Assembly: GCA_003344405.1 (NCBI GenBank)
Contig: NOWV01000231.1
Coordinates: forward strand, 1 to 64,000
Length of the DNA: 64,000 nucleotides
From: Trichoplax sp. H2
Lineage: Eukaryota
Reading direction: 5' to 3'
Below the pieces are notes generated by a model. The model was not told where the DNA came from and did no database searches. It worked only from the letters and a program-made list of their open reading frames with translations. The position numbers and the translations under genes are program-made. Each line of letters opens with the position of its first letter. The stretch's first letter is position 1. Below, piece after piece: positions 26,501-40,288 of this stretch.

Positions 26501-29500
26501 GATGTATCTATAATTAATAATAACAAAAAAATAACAATTTTTGCCATCGTAAGAATCCGATAACTGACGTTACTGTTAAATATATATTTTTACATAGACC
26601 ACTTACCGGATACTTCTTTCACATTAATTGTAGCCCCAGAAGAACTGGTACGGTTGCTTACTTCATAACTAACACGAGTATTATTTTCATCCTCTGTAGA
26701 TAAACTTCTAATATCATGGCGAAGAAAATACATTATAGCGTCGAAAACATAAGCTACATGCTTCATAGAAGAAATATCCATGAAAGGAATGGTATCTCTA
26801 TGTTCATAATTATTGGAACGCATCAAGGAGAGCGCATATATCAAAACGTCATGACGGCTTGAGGCAAACAAATTACTAGCTTCAAGTCTCGCCCTCCGAT
26901 AGCTAGACTCCCATAGATGACCTGTATCTCTGTTTGAAGCTCGATCACGTCGACTAGATGCTATCAACTTTTGTTGATAATCTGGATTTAATGGATGCAT
27001 TGGATGCTTTTTATCAGTTGCTAACAGTAAAGAAACTCCAAACCTTAATTGTGATTCTGTGTTATCCATCACATCTACAATCCAACGCCATGATTGTGAT
27101 AGACACCCCTTAACTTTTTCTTGTAAATCTACTAAGTTTACTTCATCAACAGGTAATATAGTATTTGATCTAGATTTAATGCACTTTGTTTTCTTCAAAT
27201 TCGTTAATGTAACCAGCAGATCTGTGACCTCACGAACAGTCACAGCGAACATCTTTGCTATATAACTAGAATTTGAGTTGGCTATAGAAGAGATACTATC
27301 ACGGTTACTATTATTTGAATTGCCAGAATTGCCGGTACGAATAGAATCAGGATATAATATAGAATTTGGTGTAATTATGTGACCACCTTGTTGAGGATGA
27401 GCCGTTGCATTTACAGCCCATTGTAATACATGAGGCTCTCTAATCGATCTAGAAATATTGTAAATAGGCGCATCAGTATTGCCTCTCATCATTCGTCGAC
27501 TTTGAGGCCGTCCTGGTAACTCATCAGGCTCTTCAAATGCTTCTGACGAAGAAGATTCGTCCTCCTCGTCAGAATAATAAACCATATTGGAATCTGGTAT
27601 AACAAATAGTGCAAGAGATTAGTCTTTAACTAAAATGCCATACAAATGCAATAATTCCTACTGTACCGATATCATTTTGAACATGCATCCGCGAAGTTGT
27701 TGCTGACGCGGATTCAATCCGGAGGACAACACTGTCACTACTATCACTATCAATCTCTTCAAGCATACCAAGATCCATTTCAGATTCATTATTAGAACTG
27801 TTATCAACTTGAATCCCTTCGTTCGCTATATCAGCACTCTGATAGAAAGGGAATAATAATTTACATGCTATAGTATGGACTTCATTGAAGCGTTTTCTAC
27901 AATACACCTACCCTACTTAACTCCCTAGATTGTTCATGTGGACTACTTGCGTCGCTATCTGTATCAATAAGTTCTTCCACAGCCATAGGAGCTCGTGATG
28001 CTAATGTATCATTACTGACGCTAGATTTTTGAATATAGTGAACAAGCATTATGAACTATCGTAATGAGATGAAAACGATATAATTACTAATACAGAAAAT
28101 AATTCAGTAGTATACAATACCTAGATGTCAGATCATGAGTATTTCTTCTTTCAGTATTATCTGCATCTGACCGTATATTTGCATGGTCTATTTCAATGAC
28201 TGGATCTCTTATTTCTTGAGATGCATGTTGATCATTATTGAGACTATCATTAAATGAGGGATTTGAAGTATCATTACCATCAGTACGACTACCACCAGCT
28301 GTAGAACCCTCTGTGAAAGGCTCAGTTACGAACAAATTTTCGATAAATTGAGCAGCGTCAACATGGCTAGTTAAAACCGTTAACCAAGCAGGTTGAGCAA
28401 TTCCTAATCGAACTGGTGCTATCAATGAGTCTGCAGCCTTAGCTAGCTCTGTCACTGCAAAGATATGCAGCGATTGAAAAACGCTACGGCACTTTCGTAA
28501 AGGAATTCTAAAACAATGGAACACAAAAATTACTCTGAAATGTATCAAACCAAACTTATGAATGATTGAGGTTCATCAAATAGTACGTACCTAAAGACAT
28601 TTGCGGCATCCGGTGTCGCTGACAATACAACGAAAATACGGGCAACGGATCTGACAAACCTTTTAGCAACTATCTCAGCCTCAACAGTAGTTATAGGATT
28701 CTCAATTGATTTGATAATCGTTCGTAGTAGATGTTCTAATGCCTTAAGTAGGAAGTAATTGTATGTTAAAAGAAAGCTTAAAATATTACAAGCGTTTACA
28801 CTATATAGATAAGTTACCTTGCATTCGTTCGTATTATACTTTACAATCAGATAGTAAGTAAAACAGTCCAAACGAACAGAATTATCTTGACTTGAAAGAA
28901 AAGCTTTTTGTTCGTCTCTTGCGAGAAAAGGGTAATCCGTGGAGTGAGGCTTATTCATCTTCGTACCTTCATCAAAAATGACATTGACTGCTTCTGGCAT
29001 GATTAATGACATAACAGACGTCCAATCCTGTAATAGTAGCTCTAGTGCTTTGGCAGCGAATTTTGGTGGTTCTAATAAAGGACCCATATCCTTATTTACA
29101 ACTGTACCCGAGAGAGATCGTAAACTTTTACTATGTCTAAGCCGTCTATCATGAGGGCGGTTGCGGAACTGATGGTGAGAATTAGCCTGTCTTACAGCAG
29201 TATGAAGAACAAATAAAAGAATATGCTCTCCCCTAAAATTATAATATTAGATGATGGTTATACATAATTTGCAATTAAAGAAATTTCATTTATACAAATA
29301 ATAACATAGATCTGTTAGCTTTATTAACCTTTCATTTGGCAATCGCACTAGGTCTGTTTCAGCAATTAATCTCTGTAAAAGTCTTAAGCGATCTCCTTGG
29401 CTACCGGCAACTTGAATTTGACAATTACATTTCTCTAAGCAGTCGCAGTAAGCAGACGACGGAGAACTCTTCAATCTGTATGATATAAATTTTTTAACAT

Positions 29501-32500
29501 CAAATTCATAAAAGCATACTAGAAATAAACGCAAAGATAGCAACGTAATTGAAGTTTTTTATACTTACACGCAGTTATGTCCTTTATGACAAATGAGAGC
29601 ACACTCAGTACAACAACAATGAGTATCTACGAGTCCGCATGTGCGACATTCGTAAACGTCCTAATCGAAAGAATTGAAACATCAATTTAACTTCTAATCT
29701 TACAACGAAACAATTAAATTATCAATAGATGTTTATTCCGCCTACCTGATTGATATGTTCTGTACCAGTCCAAGTAAAAGAGCAGCAATCATTTAGGCAT
29801 ATGTTATAAATAGGTGAGCAATCTGTAGTAGTTTCCGAAGGGCAAATGATCTGTCGTAAAACTTCCTTGCTATCATCCTGTTTTTCAGCTAATTCCTTAG
29901 CTAAGTCGAACAAGATAAGGGCTGCTTTGTACGCACGTAGATGTACTGCCAACATAAACGGTGTATAACCATGTGCATCTCTAACATTCAAAAAAAATGT
30001 TACAAAAAAATTACTAATGTTAAAATTTGCACTTATCTCGTAAATAATAATTCTCATAATGACAAATTTTACCTCGTTAATAACAATAGCCCAAGATACG
30101 GTTTTAAAGCATCGTTTTTGCAAATTAACGACAAGCATTTAATGGCAGCAGAAGTATTAAATTCCTTGCTACTTTCAAAGGAGTTCGAAGTTACCATTTC
30201 TTGTTCTCTACGACTGTAATCGCTAGTTTTAGAACTACCTTGACTTTTCATACCTTCTCTGACTGACGGTCCTAATTTTAATTATAAACATTTTAGTCAT
30301 AACTATAATAGAACTACAAAGTAGCTCATTACATGTTATACTCACCCGGTAACGACGAAGATTCATTCATAAATCCAAGAAGTGAAGAAATTTCGTCGCG
30401 ATGGCTTGAAATAGTTTCATGCCTGCTTGATACGAACATATCTTCATCCATATGAGACGAAATGAGTCTATCAACACTATCAGTTCGAGATGATGGAAAT
30501 GAAGTCGATCGATGCAGATTGGCAAGTAAATAAGGTCCAGAATAAGATGAGGAAGGATTTACAGGTGTACTTTGATCAGCTACAGTAAGAAATTGTAGTT
30601 ACTATTAATGTAATATATATTTTTATATACAGTAAGTAGTTAAATAGTAAATTTTAGAAATTAGACTGACCTTGACGTCTATCTTCTTCGGCGGTTGCTT
30701 TACACATACTCGCACACATATGCAATATATTACGTTTCCCATCACAATGCTCCAGTAGCAAACTTTTGATGTAATTTTGCTTGCTTTCCGGGTCTAAAAT
30801 TGATCAAATGGACAATTACGGTTTACAAAGTCCATTCTAATCATCAACACCTAATCAAGCTGAGCATTGCAATGGGCGTAGAGTTACCTGATATGCGGTC
30901 AACTTCATCTAATAATTGCCTTACACTGCGATAATCGGATTCTAATATATAAGACATCAGTTTCTGGTTATCCATTACCATGGCAATTAAAGCAATGGGG
31001 TTATTGATGCTATGAATGCTTCGTTCCATGAAATTTACTCCAACAGCAATAGAACGGGTTGGCGGTAAGTTCTAAATATAATAATTGAATATTATAATAA
31101 AAAAATTCAACAGTTGGTGCTACACTCTTTCTGAATCATATTCATTATCACTACGCTGCAAGAAGTAACGTGTTTACTAACCAGCCAATCACTATCTTTA
31201 ATGTTCTGTCCAGCAACAACAGATAAAGGAAATAGGGCACCAAGGCTATCTCGTAAGACACAGTTCCATTCCTATGCGTGAAATAACGAGCAAAATTACA
31301 CGATTGAACATTAATGCTAGTACAAAATAATACTCAACGTCTACCTGATCGATACTGAGCATGGTTGCTTTTTCTTTGTGCTCTTCAACTTGAATCATAT
31401 CCGTTGGTATAGTACAAAGAGTATGACTTCGTCCGTTGTCCAAGTTGAATCGGCTATAAGTTAATTTTCCATCACTTCTTGTAACTTGTAAAATGCCTAG
31501 TGAAACAGTATTAGATTATTAGAGCGTGTAAAAGAGCAGGTACAACCATAGAGTACAATCATAACTAACCGTTACAATTAGCACTTAACGCAACTATTCG
31601 ACCCTTAGACGGAGGAAGTAATTTAGGAACTCGTTGAATTTTATCAACACACCTACAGCTATACGGTGTTTTGGTAAGCTGCGTAAAAGTATAGAGATCG
31701 ATCCCGTTAACGTATTATTATAGTATTTTTGGTTGATTACATAAGAAATGAACCAGTTTTACCTGTAAATCACCAAGTGGCAATAGACGACAACTTCTAA
31801 GAAGCATAGTCTCTAAATATAATTGAGTATCGCCATCATCTGCACTTTTACTGTCATCTTGCCGTGAATTAACTTTCACTATGGCAAATCCTCCATCGAT
31901 CTTCATAACTTGACCAACTGGTGGCTCCATTGAAGCTTCTACGAATATAGCATTCTTAATATCCCATATTTCCTCCATAAATTCACTATCATCACGATAA
32001 CGTTCTATTTTCAACAATAAGTAAATATCAGAGATTTTCTCTAAACTCAGATAAATAAATATTTAAAATGAAATTTTCTGTAATGTCAGATTAAGACTAC
32101 AATATACGATCTGTCCTGTTTTGTATTACTTGAAGATTCTGATTTAAACTGAGCGTGTGAATCATCATTTTCTAGATCTGCATCAACAAAATTGTACGGT
32201 AGTATCCTGAATCGACGTTTATCATCCATATTCCAAGCGCTTTCGAGCAGTTGACCAATTTTTGGCTTTCCAGATGAAATATTGATAGCAATAGCTCCAT
32301 GATTATAAATTGGATTACCAGAGAAACGAACCTATAAGAAGATAACAATTTTAACTGAAAATGTCGCAAGACATATATAATAAAATTTAAGATACCGTAC
32401 AGCGCATACATACCATAGACCCAACAGTTATAGATGAAGGCTCGCATGATGACTTAGCCTTCTTTAACCTAAGTTTAGCTTTCTCAATTATCTTCTTACG

Positions 32501-35500
32501 TACAGCAAAAGGTGGAATTCCCCTAATATAGAAATTATTTTTAGCTGTTCATACACAGTATATTATTTCTCTTAGTTAAAATGTACAGTTGTTTCAAAGA
32601 ACTATGACATATACGCAGTCCAATAAAAAAATAGAGATAGAAGCTATAGCTACTTACCACCACATCACTACATCAGATGATAGTTGTACACAAGTGTATA
32701 AAGGACACACTTGTAAAGATTTTATAGGATTATCTTCAAATTCTCTAAATTTTCTTGCAGGATGTTCAATTTTATTGGCAAAATAGTGAACACAATCGTC
32801 TACCCATGTTGCAACCTAAATAATGCTTTACAGTAAGTTCTCGAACAAAGTCAAGTAAATAGACAGATTTTTAATAAATTTTCACCTTTCCAGAAAGGGT
32901 AGCAACAGAAGCTCGGATAGAATTGGCAGCTACTAGAACAATAACTTCATTTTTTAAGTCTAGGTCAGCTGTACGTGGATGCCTCATATTTTCATCCTGT
33001 AAGAACAAGTATTTCCAATGAAGTGAATGTGACGGAATACAGTTAGTAAATACATTATTCTTACAGTTTGGCCTTTGTAAGGATGCTTGTCCGACCATTT
33101 CCATTGGAATAATTTACCAGAAGAATTTACAGCTATTAATTCGGAATGCAGAGCGGCTATGTGAGTAAAGTCTTTTTCTTTTGTATTGTCAGCAGCTAAC
33201 CACCATTGAACATGATTGAATTGGACTAGATCAGATATATCGTCTATATTTCTGTAATGAAAAGAAAATATACAGTTAGAAGACAGTTATAAATCGAAAA
33301 ATTTAGGCCTATAACTTTTTAATAGAAACTTTATTACCTATCGGTTAAATTGTTGGACGACGTCGCATCACTTAAATCATCAAAGGAACGCATTAACTTG
33401 GAGGATTCTTCCCTTTCAGCGGTATTACTAGGATCGCGACGTAAGCTCTGTCGGTAACTTCCACCGCGACTAGTACTTGGGCGTATATGTACATTATTAG
33501 TTAGATTATCATCACCAAAATCGCTATCAAATATAAATCCACCATCATCGAAAAAGGATGCATTATCTGATAGCATTTCGTCTAATCGTAAAAAAAATAC
33601 ATACGTTAGCATCATTCATAAGAGGTGTATATATAGTGTATATATATAATCAAACAGTAAGCTTACTTGAACAAAGAGATACTATTAAGATCGAATTAGT
33701 ATAAAATTTTACTATACACGTTATTCGTTATTAGAAACATGTTACGGTACTTTTTATACGTCCTCTAAATATAAAGTATAGCAATCAATCTAAAAATATT
33801 CCGTATTAACTTTACTGTATTACATAGTGCTACCATAGTAACCAAATTATTTTTTTTTTATTACACATTGCCCCTCAGTAAATATAACATAATTCTCAAA
33901 GTTAAATCACCTATACAAGCTATTAATGTAACATCGCATATTGGAGGAGATGAATATGTAGCAAATACACAATTCCTCTGTATTGGTAAGTTGTAATATT
34001 TCCATCTTAATATCAATGCTAATTATGTTCATTGGTTATCTTACCTGCTAAGGTATACTCTGTACTATCCTCTGGTTCTCCAGTATCATCATCATCATCG
34101 CGACTTAAAAGATTATTAACTGCAACGTTTACATCCAAATTCTAGGAACAAACATTACAAAGTGTGTTACCAATTAGTGAACTAAATTTTAATTACCTAT
34201 ATAAATATCGTACCACATAAATTGATTATTCATATTTAAGAATCTACTTACACTTCGTTGTAGTTCTCTTATTATCACCTGCCGAGATTTGTCTTGCAAT
34301 ACACCTTGGACCTATTTATTAAAATCATTCCAATATTTATATAGATCGGAGTTATTACAAAAGATTATAAGGTATCGAACTATTCTAGTGTACGCAATGA
34401 CTACTGCGAAATTAGTACTTCATTTTGCTTTCCAAATTATTTAATTATTGACCTGCTCAATTAAGTCATCAGGGACTAAATTAACTGGTAATACGTTCCG
34501 ATAAGACGCAAGGAAAGGCCGCCTTAAAAGACTATCACGATTGCGTCTCATTACTCTAGCTCTTACACCACTGGAAGGCCATACATTAACGCTAGCTGTA
34601 TTTCGAGAAGACGTTGACGATCTAACCGTATGACCATAATATCAGTAATAAACAGTGATTATATAAATCCAAAAAAAATTTTTCAAGACTTCAAATTTTA
34701 TAAAAAGTTTAATGAATAGGAACATTTTTATTCGTTAATCATATCTGTAAGCACAACTGCGAACTTATATAATACAATAGCATAACTGCTTTTCTTATTT
34801 GCAGTGATACTGTACGTAAAAATTTTACCTTGAAGATCCTCCAGTTTCTGTCGTTCCACCTGATGATCACGAACACAGATAGCAACGAAAATCAGACTCA
34901 GAAATTCTTAAAATTGTTATAACTCGACTATCACAATATTACGTTAACTGCGAGTTACTAATTGATTACTGAAAGCTACTACAACACAGTCGCCTAATAC
35001 ATTACTAATTACTATCGTAACAGTCCAGATTATAAATCTTTATAGACTAAACGTGAAAACAAACAATCACAACATGTGCAGTAATAATCATCTCAAATAT
35101 GGACAAATACTAATAGCGCATACTACTTTTTATAGCCTTACGATAGAATGAAGCATAAGATTAGCCTTGATAATACAGCACCATTTCATCTTAAACTTTT
35201 AACTGATGTATAGTAGATAATATACTACACTTTATTGTATTAAAATATGAAACGGGTTAATACTGTACCTGGAATAATTCAAGTAAGATACAAAAAAAAT
35301 TAATACTTATTAGCGTGCGTAACAGCTATGTATTTCTTTCTATACTAACAAATGTAGCTATAACACTAAATAAGTAACATGCTACATTTGAAAACTTTTA
35401 TCTACGCAAAACGTTTAGTTACTGTAAGTGATCGAAATATATAAAGTCAAAAAAGCTGAAATAGTAAGTAAGTAAGTACTAATAAAAATTGCCTGATACA

Positions 35501-38276
35501 TTTCTTTGACATAATGTCCGCCAAGTACTAATAATTACTAATGTCTAAACTATTCTTGGAGTTAATGACTAGGTACTTTTATGAAAAGCGCATAAAGAAG
35601 GTAGATTATTATTCACTAATTTAATAAAAGATATAGTGCAATGTAAAATCTTCATTTAAAATCGATTAAGACAATAAAAATACTTTCACAATACATGTCA
35701 ATAGATCTACATATTACATATGCCTTAAGGATAATTTTATCAATACTCTAAAACTTCCCTAGAAGATTAATGATGAGTCGATACAGCCATACAGCAATGG
35801 CAAATGTTATTCTACTTACTAGTTGTCGCTTTTGTATCTGAACCAAGATGAGATGCGTTGCGACTGCAAATACAGTAAGAAGTGTTAATACTAAGAATTG
35901 ATAATAAGCGGTTTAATTTCACCTGCTAGAGTACAGTATCAGTAAAACAGGACACCGTACAATTCATTCATCGTTTGTATGCCCGGTATTAATAATAAGG
36001 AAGCGTTCAATACCTTGGACAATCTTCACGTAAAAGTTCAGCATGGATTATATAACTAACGCGACAAATACTTCCATCCTATAAGGTGTAGCAAAACAGA
36101 AAAATTGTGAAAAAAATAATAAAAACCAAGTAAGATTCGAGTAGAACTAGAAATTTATATTCCAACGCAATAATACGTCATATCAATGAGACGGTTAAAC
36201 TGTTTACTAAACAACATTGATAACATTAGATCGATGTCGTCCTATACATTCATGAAATTTTACTTGCAATAGTTTTTAATATTATTTAATAGCATCGCAT
36301 AGTAAAGTATATAATATAAAAAGATAGCTAGCAGCGCTATAAAATCAAAATAGAAATGCGTCTTAGTATCAAAATTCATTTCATTACTCCATGTTCAAAC
36401 AATTTTGACGCGATTCTTTCAAGACTGTTGATATGATATTATTGGTGCAACATGAGAAATGATATCGGGAGTATGATACAACTACACTAGTCCTTTGGTA
36501 CTGAATCCAAATGATAGTAATAATAATCTCATGTAGTATAAGATATTAGACAGTACTAACTCAAAATTTGACTGAAGTGTTGTTCACATCTTCCAATAAT
36601 TCGTATAGTATGTATTTTCAATATGAATGTTCATTCTAACGTACACCTTTTACTCCAATTTTATCAATATACAGTTATAACAATAGGCATGACGTTTTAT
36701 AATAATATGTTATCCAGCTGATTTAGCATCGGTATATGTATTGAATTGAGTTGAATTCATTATTATTTGTAACAAATTTTCACTACAAAAACCTCTAACC
36801 TCAAATAACAGTCCAATATGCTTGGGTCCGATTACGCAGTCGCGAATCTTGGCATCTTCTAATCCAGGCAGTAACTTTAAGCTAAAGCAGATGATCATAT
36901 TGGTAAGTATAGAAAATAAGTGATACGCGTCGTCGTTCCATGGGAGTAGCCTAAGCATTGGAAATTTTTACTTTACGATAAAACGACAAGCCTACTTTGA
37001 AGATATCAGTTATTCATTTGGACTGTTGTAGGCAACAGTCCAATTGATAACTCTGTTACGGTACAATATTAATGCCCTATAGCATGGATGAGATACACTC
37101 GTGGAACACTAAATTGACAATGCAAATCATGAGTGTAAATTACGGTTATATTCTCATTTCTCCCTTATTGATGGAAATACGATGTAAGGAGATGACTAGC
37201 TATTCAAATGGCTGATAGAGTATTGTCTAACAATCAGTAGCATCATCATTTGATCCTACTTGATTCAGTCTACTGTAAGTAAGAGCTAGTGGGTAAAATC
37301 GAGGCATCTAGGATGGAAATAAAAAAAGTTTGTTGAACGGGTATCATGGTTCATTACATCAGCCATTGCACATGGTCCAAAAAAATGAAATTAATCTGAT
37401 GGACAAGATGATCAAGTCATCCAATTGAATGTCCGTCCACCAGTATTACTACTGTACTCGGTTCATTTTTTATTTCATCTGCAGTGAACGGCTGCTCGCT
37501 TTACGAAATCAACAAATTAAAACCATTTTTAGTGAAAAAAAGAGTCTAGTATGACTACTTGATGAGTATCCAGGCAATCCATTGCTATCATTGGCGAACA
37601 AAGTGACGCTAAATTAAGTTGGTAAGACGTCATTTTAGCCAACTGCAATCAAGCTAGCGTATTGCTATCGTACCTATTAATGCTACCATTTCCACGATTC
37701 GTATTGACTTTACGAGAGATTTCTTTTAATCTAAAATGAAAAAGATAGTGAACTTAATAAAAATCAGTGTTAACTAGTTGTAATCCATCAGGGCTGTTGT
37801 TGATTGTCTCTTTGGACATTCTCGTCTACAACGACGAGAATGAACATCATTATTATAATTACAGTGAAAAAAAAAAGTATGGGCAAGGTTGGGATGAATT
37901 GTATTGGCTTGAGTGGCGCTGATAATCTACGGTACTGGGTAAGACAGAAGTAAGTTATGAATCTACTAAACTAGCTAAGGAAAGACCAACTCTATTCTAG
38001 TTGTCTCAGAAGTTTTTGGTCCATTTCTTTGAAATGCATTCCAATTTTTTCACTGACAAGAGTATTGCAAGCTGACGTTGAAAATAGCTCCGACATCAAC
38101 CACGAGACATACTGCCCTAGACCACCGACCTGAATCTATTGTACAGTATAGGATGGAAAGAAGAAGCAAAGAAATAGGCTAGACCAAGGTAAAAATAGCT
38201 CTCCACCAACTTACCGTTGATATAATTGATTTCGCGATAAAGGTAAAGGACAGACTGCTACATGCAACGAAGTCAT
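23576..38276 (-). CDS. UBR5: E3 ubiquitin-protein ligase UBR5/EDD/hyperplastic discs (multi-exon)
   Basis: ATG at 38276 ([29 protein letters not shown]) resembles the UBR5 N-terminus [60 protein letters not shown] box: [100 protein letters not shown]. Stop at 23576-23578. Confidence 0.96.
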
Positions 38277-38519
38277 CTTCTCGATGTTGTATGAATAGCA
38301 GTTCAAAATGAGGAAATTTAGCGCTTTAAAATCGACATAGGATCAACAGCCTTTCTCCGATTGAGGTATAAATTAATTAATTGTCAGTATCAGTAGTCGA
38401 TGCTTTCAAAATTGGCGATTGGCTCTATGTCTACGTAACACCGTATACTACAGTAGAAGACACTATGAACTGGTTGATGCTTTGGGATTGCTTGAATCTT
38501 TATAAATACCCATACCGTG

Positions 38520-40135
38520 CAGTGTCCACAGGGTACAGTGTACAGTGTACAGTACAGCCAGGTCAGAACCATACAGTGTACTGTACACTGTACAGTACTG
38601 TAGGGTACAGTACAATGTACTGTAAATCATGACGAGTGGACTGAAACACTACTGTACTGTAGATACTGTACACTGTCGTTCCCGACCTCAAGGAATAACT
38701 GTACAGTACAGTGAACTACTGCACTGTACTGTACTTCCAATTGGGCCGTGATATTAATTGATTTATTAATATCATTCATAATTGACAATCATGATAATAA
38801 TAATAAAAAAAAGATTTTTTTTTCTTCTCTTTTGCATACGATGTCATCGACAATCTACAGGATTCGGACTAATCTGCACCGTATGCGTTGGATAGACAGA
38901 CGGTACAGTACAGTACTGTATTCAGTTGAAAGTGGTTGGCCTGTGCCGTCAAACCAACCACAGACACGATGGGTAGACAAGGCAGATAGTCGACTGTGCA
39001 AAGTACAAGTCTGCTGTAGCAGGCTAGCAGCTAATCAACTCACTGACAATATCTCTGCACGCTTGATCCCAATCCAAATAATATCCAAAATCTGAAGTTT
39101 GAATTGGGATAGGACCGATCTGATCCCAAATATTGAGGAATGTTGAATTATTTTATAGTGTACAGTACAATACTGATATAAGAGCCCAGTTGTATTGCAC
39201 AGTAATGGAATCTCATTGATCAATCGACGCTATTGCAAGTAATATCAGTATAAAAGAGATTCCTTTCGCAGCACATGCCTACTTGCTCAGCTGCGAATAT
39301 GTACTAAAGCAACCGACATGTAGACAACAGGCTACCATTCAGTGGGCCACATACAGTACAGGTAAAAAGAAAAAAAACTCAACCTTTTTTTTTTCCATAA
39401 ATTACTGTGTATTTCACTGAGAAGAGATCAGAATATAATTATTTCATTTTTAGTGATGCATGAAATAGAGCACAAGCGTCATTACCTAATTGGCGTGATA
39501 CCTAGCTCTCTTTTTTATTTCAGGCAGTAGTAGGCGACTTTTTGACCTTAAATTATTTATAGTTCACTTAATGAAATCGTAAGCTGCAATAAAAGCCATT
39601 TTCAATGGTTTGGTACAGTGCTGTACTGTATAGCTGACAAAGTCACGAGAATAGAATCAAAATAATAGTTCCAGCTGTTTATTTATTTTTCCTGTGTGCG
39701 CTGTGACACTGCCTACGCTGAGCGATGTTCTATATCGCTCAGTTCTATCGGCTTGCATTATTAGCTGGTAGCAAATAGAAAGGTAATAGAAAAGCTACTG
39801 TTTCCCCTCGTTATTTAGCCACATCATTAGGTTTCTTTTAGACTCCCAGTAGCTTTCTTTCTGGTGATATAATACAATGAAACCTAAATTTGAACATCGT
39901 CGACTCCGCGTTTCTCCCCCTGCAGTCCTACACAACAGCAAATTCCAGTCAATAACCAACAGATTGACAGAGAGACTGACGGTAGCATCGTCACTACGGT
40001 GTACAGTACCATGGATTGTCATACTAGTGTACTGTAAATGACTTGATCAATAACCCATCAGTTTACAGTACGGTACGGTACAGTGTACAGTATTTTGCAA
40101 CACGGCACTGTACTGTACTGTACTGTACGATGGAA
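38520..40135. promoter_or_regulatory. Divergent UBR5/Rab32 intergenic region rich in TACAG/CTGTA pentamer runs
   Basis: Lies between head-to-head start codons at 38276 (-) and 40289 (+). Dense (ACAGT)n/(ACTGT)n runs occur at 38520-38735, 38900-38920 and 40000-40130. Confidence 0.55.
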
Positions 40136-40288
40136 CTGTAGACCAGCGTCATGACATAATGTTTCCAGTACCTGGAGACGCAGTACCCCGTGCTTGTCAG
40201 TTGTTTTACTATCCTGGTCAGGAACTACGTATACAAACTGTTGGAAAATTTCTGCCACTTCTCTTGGTTTTTTCCCCATAAACCGAAG

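Noticed and set aside
38381..39223. Short ORFs in the UBR5/Rab intergenic region
   Set aside because: They are low-complexity TVQY/YCT translations of pentamer repeats with no recognisable homology or splice framework.
40058..40279. Minus-strand 73-aa ORF as a possible UBR5 first exon or separate gene
   Set aside because: A better UBR5 start ([12 protein letters not shown]) is at 38276. This ORF is antisense to the presumed Rab 5'UTR and ends in pentamer repeats.
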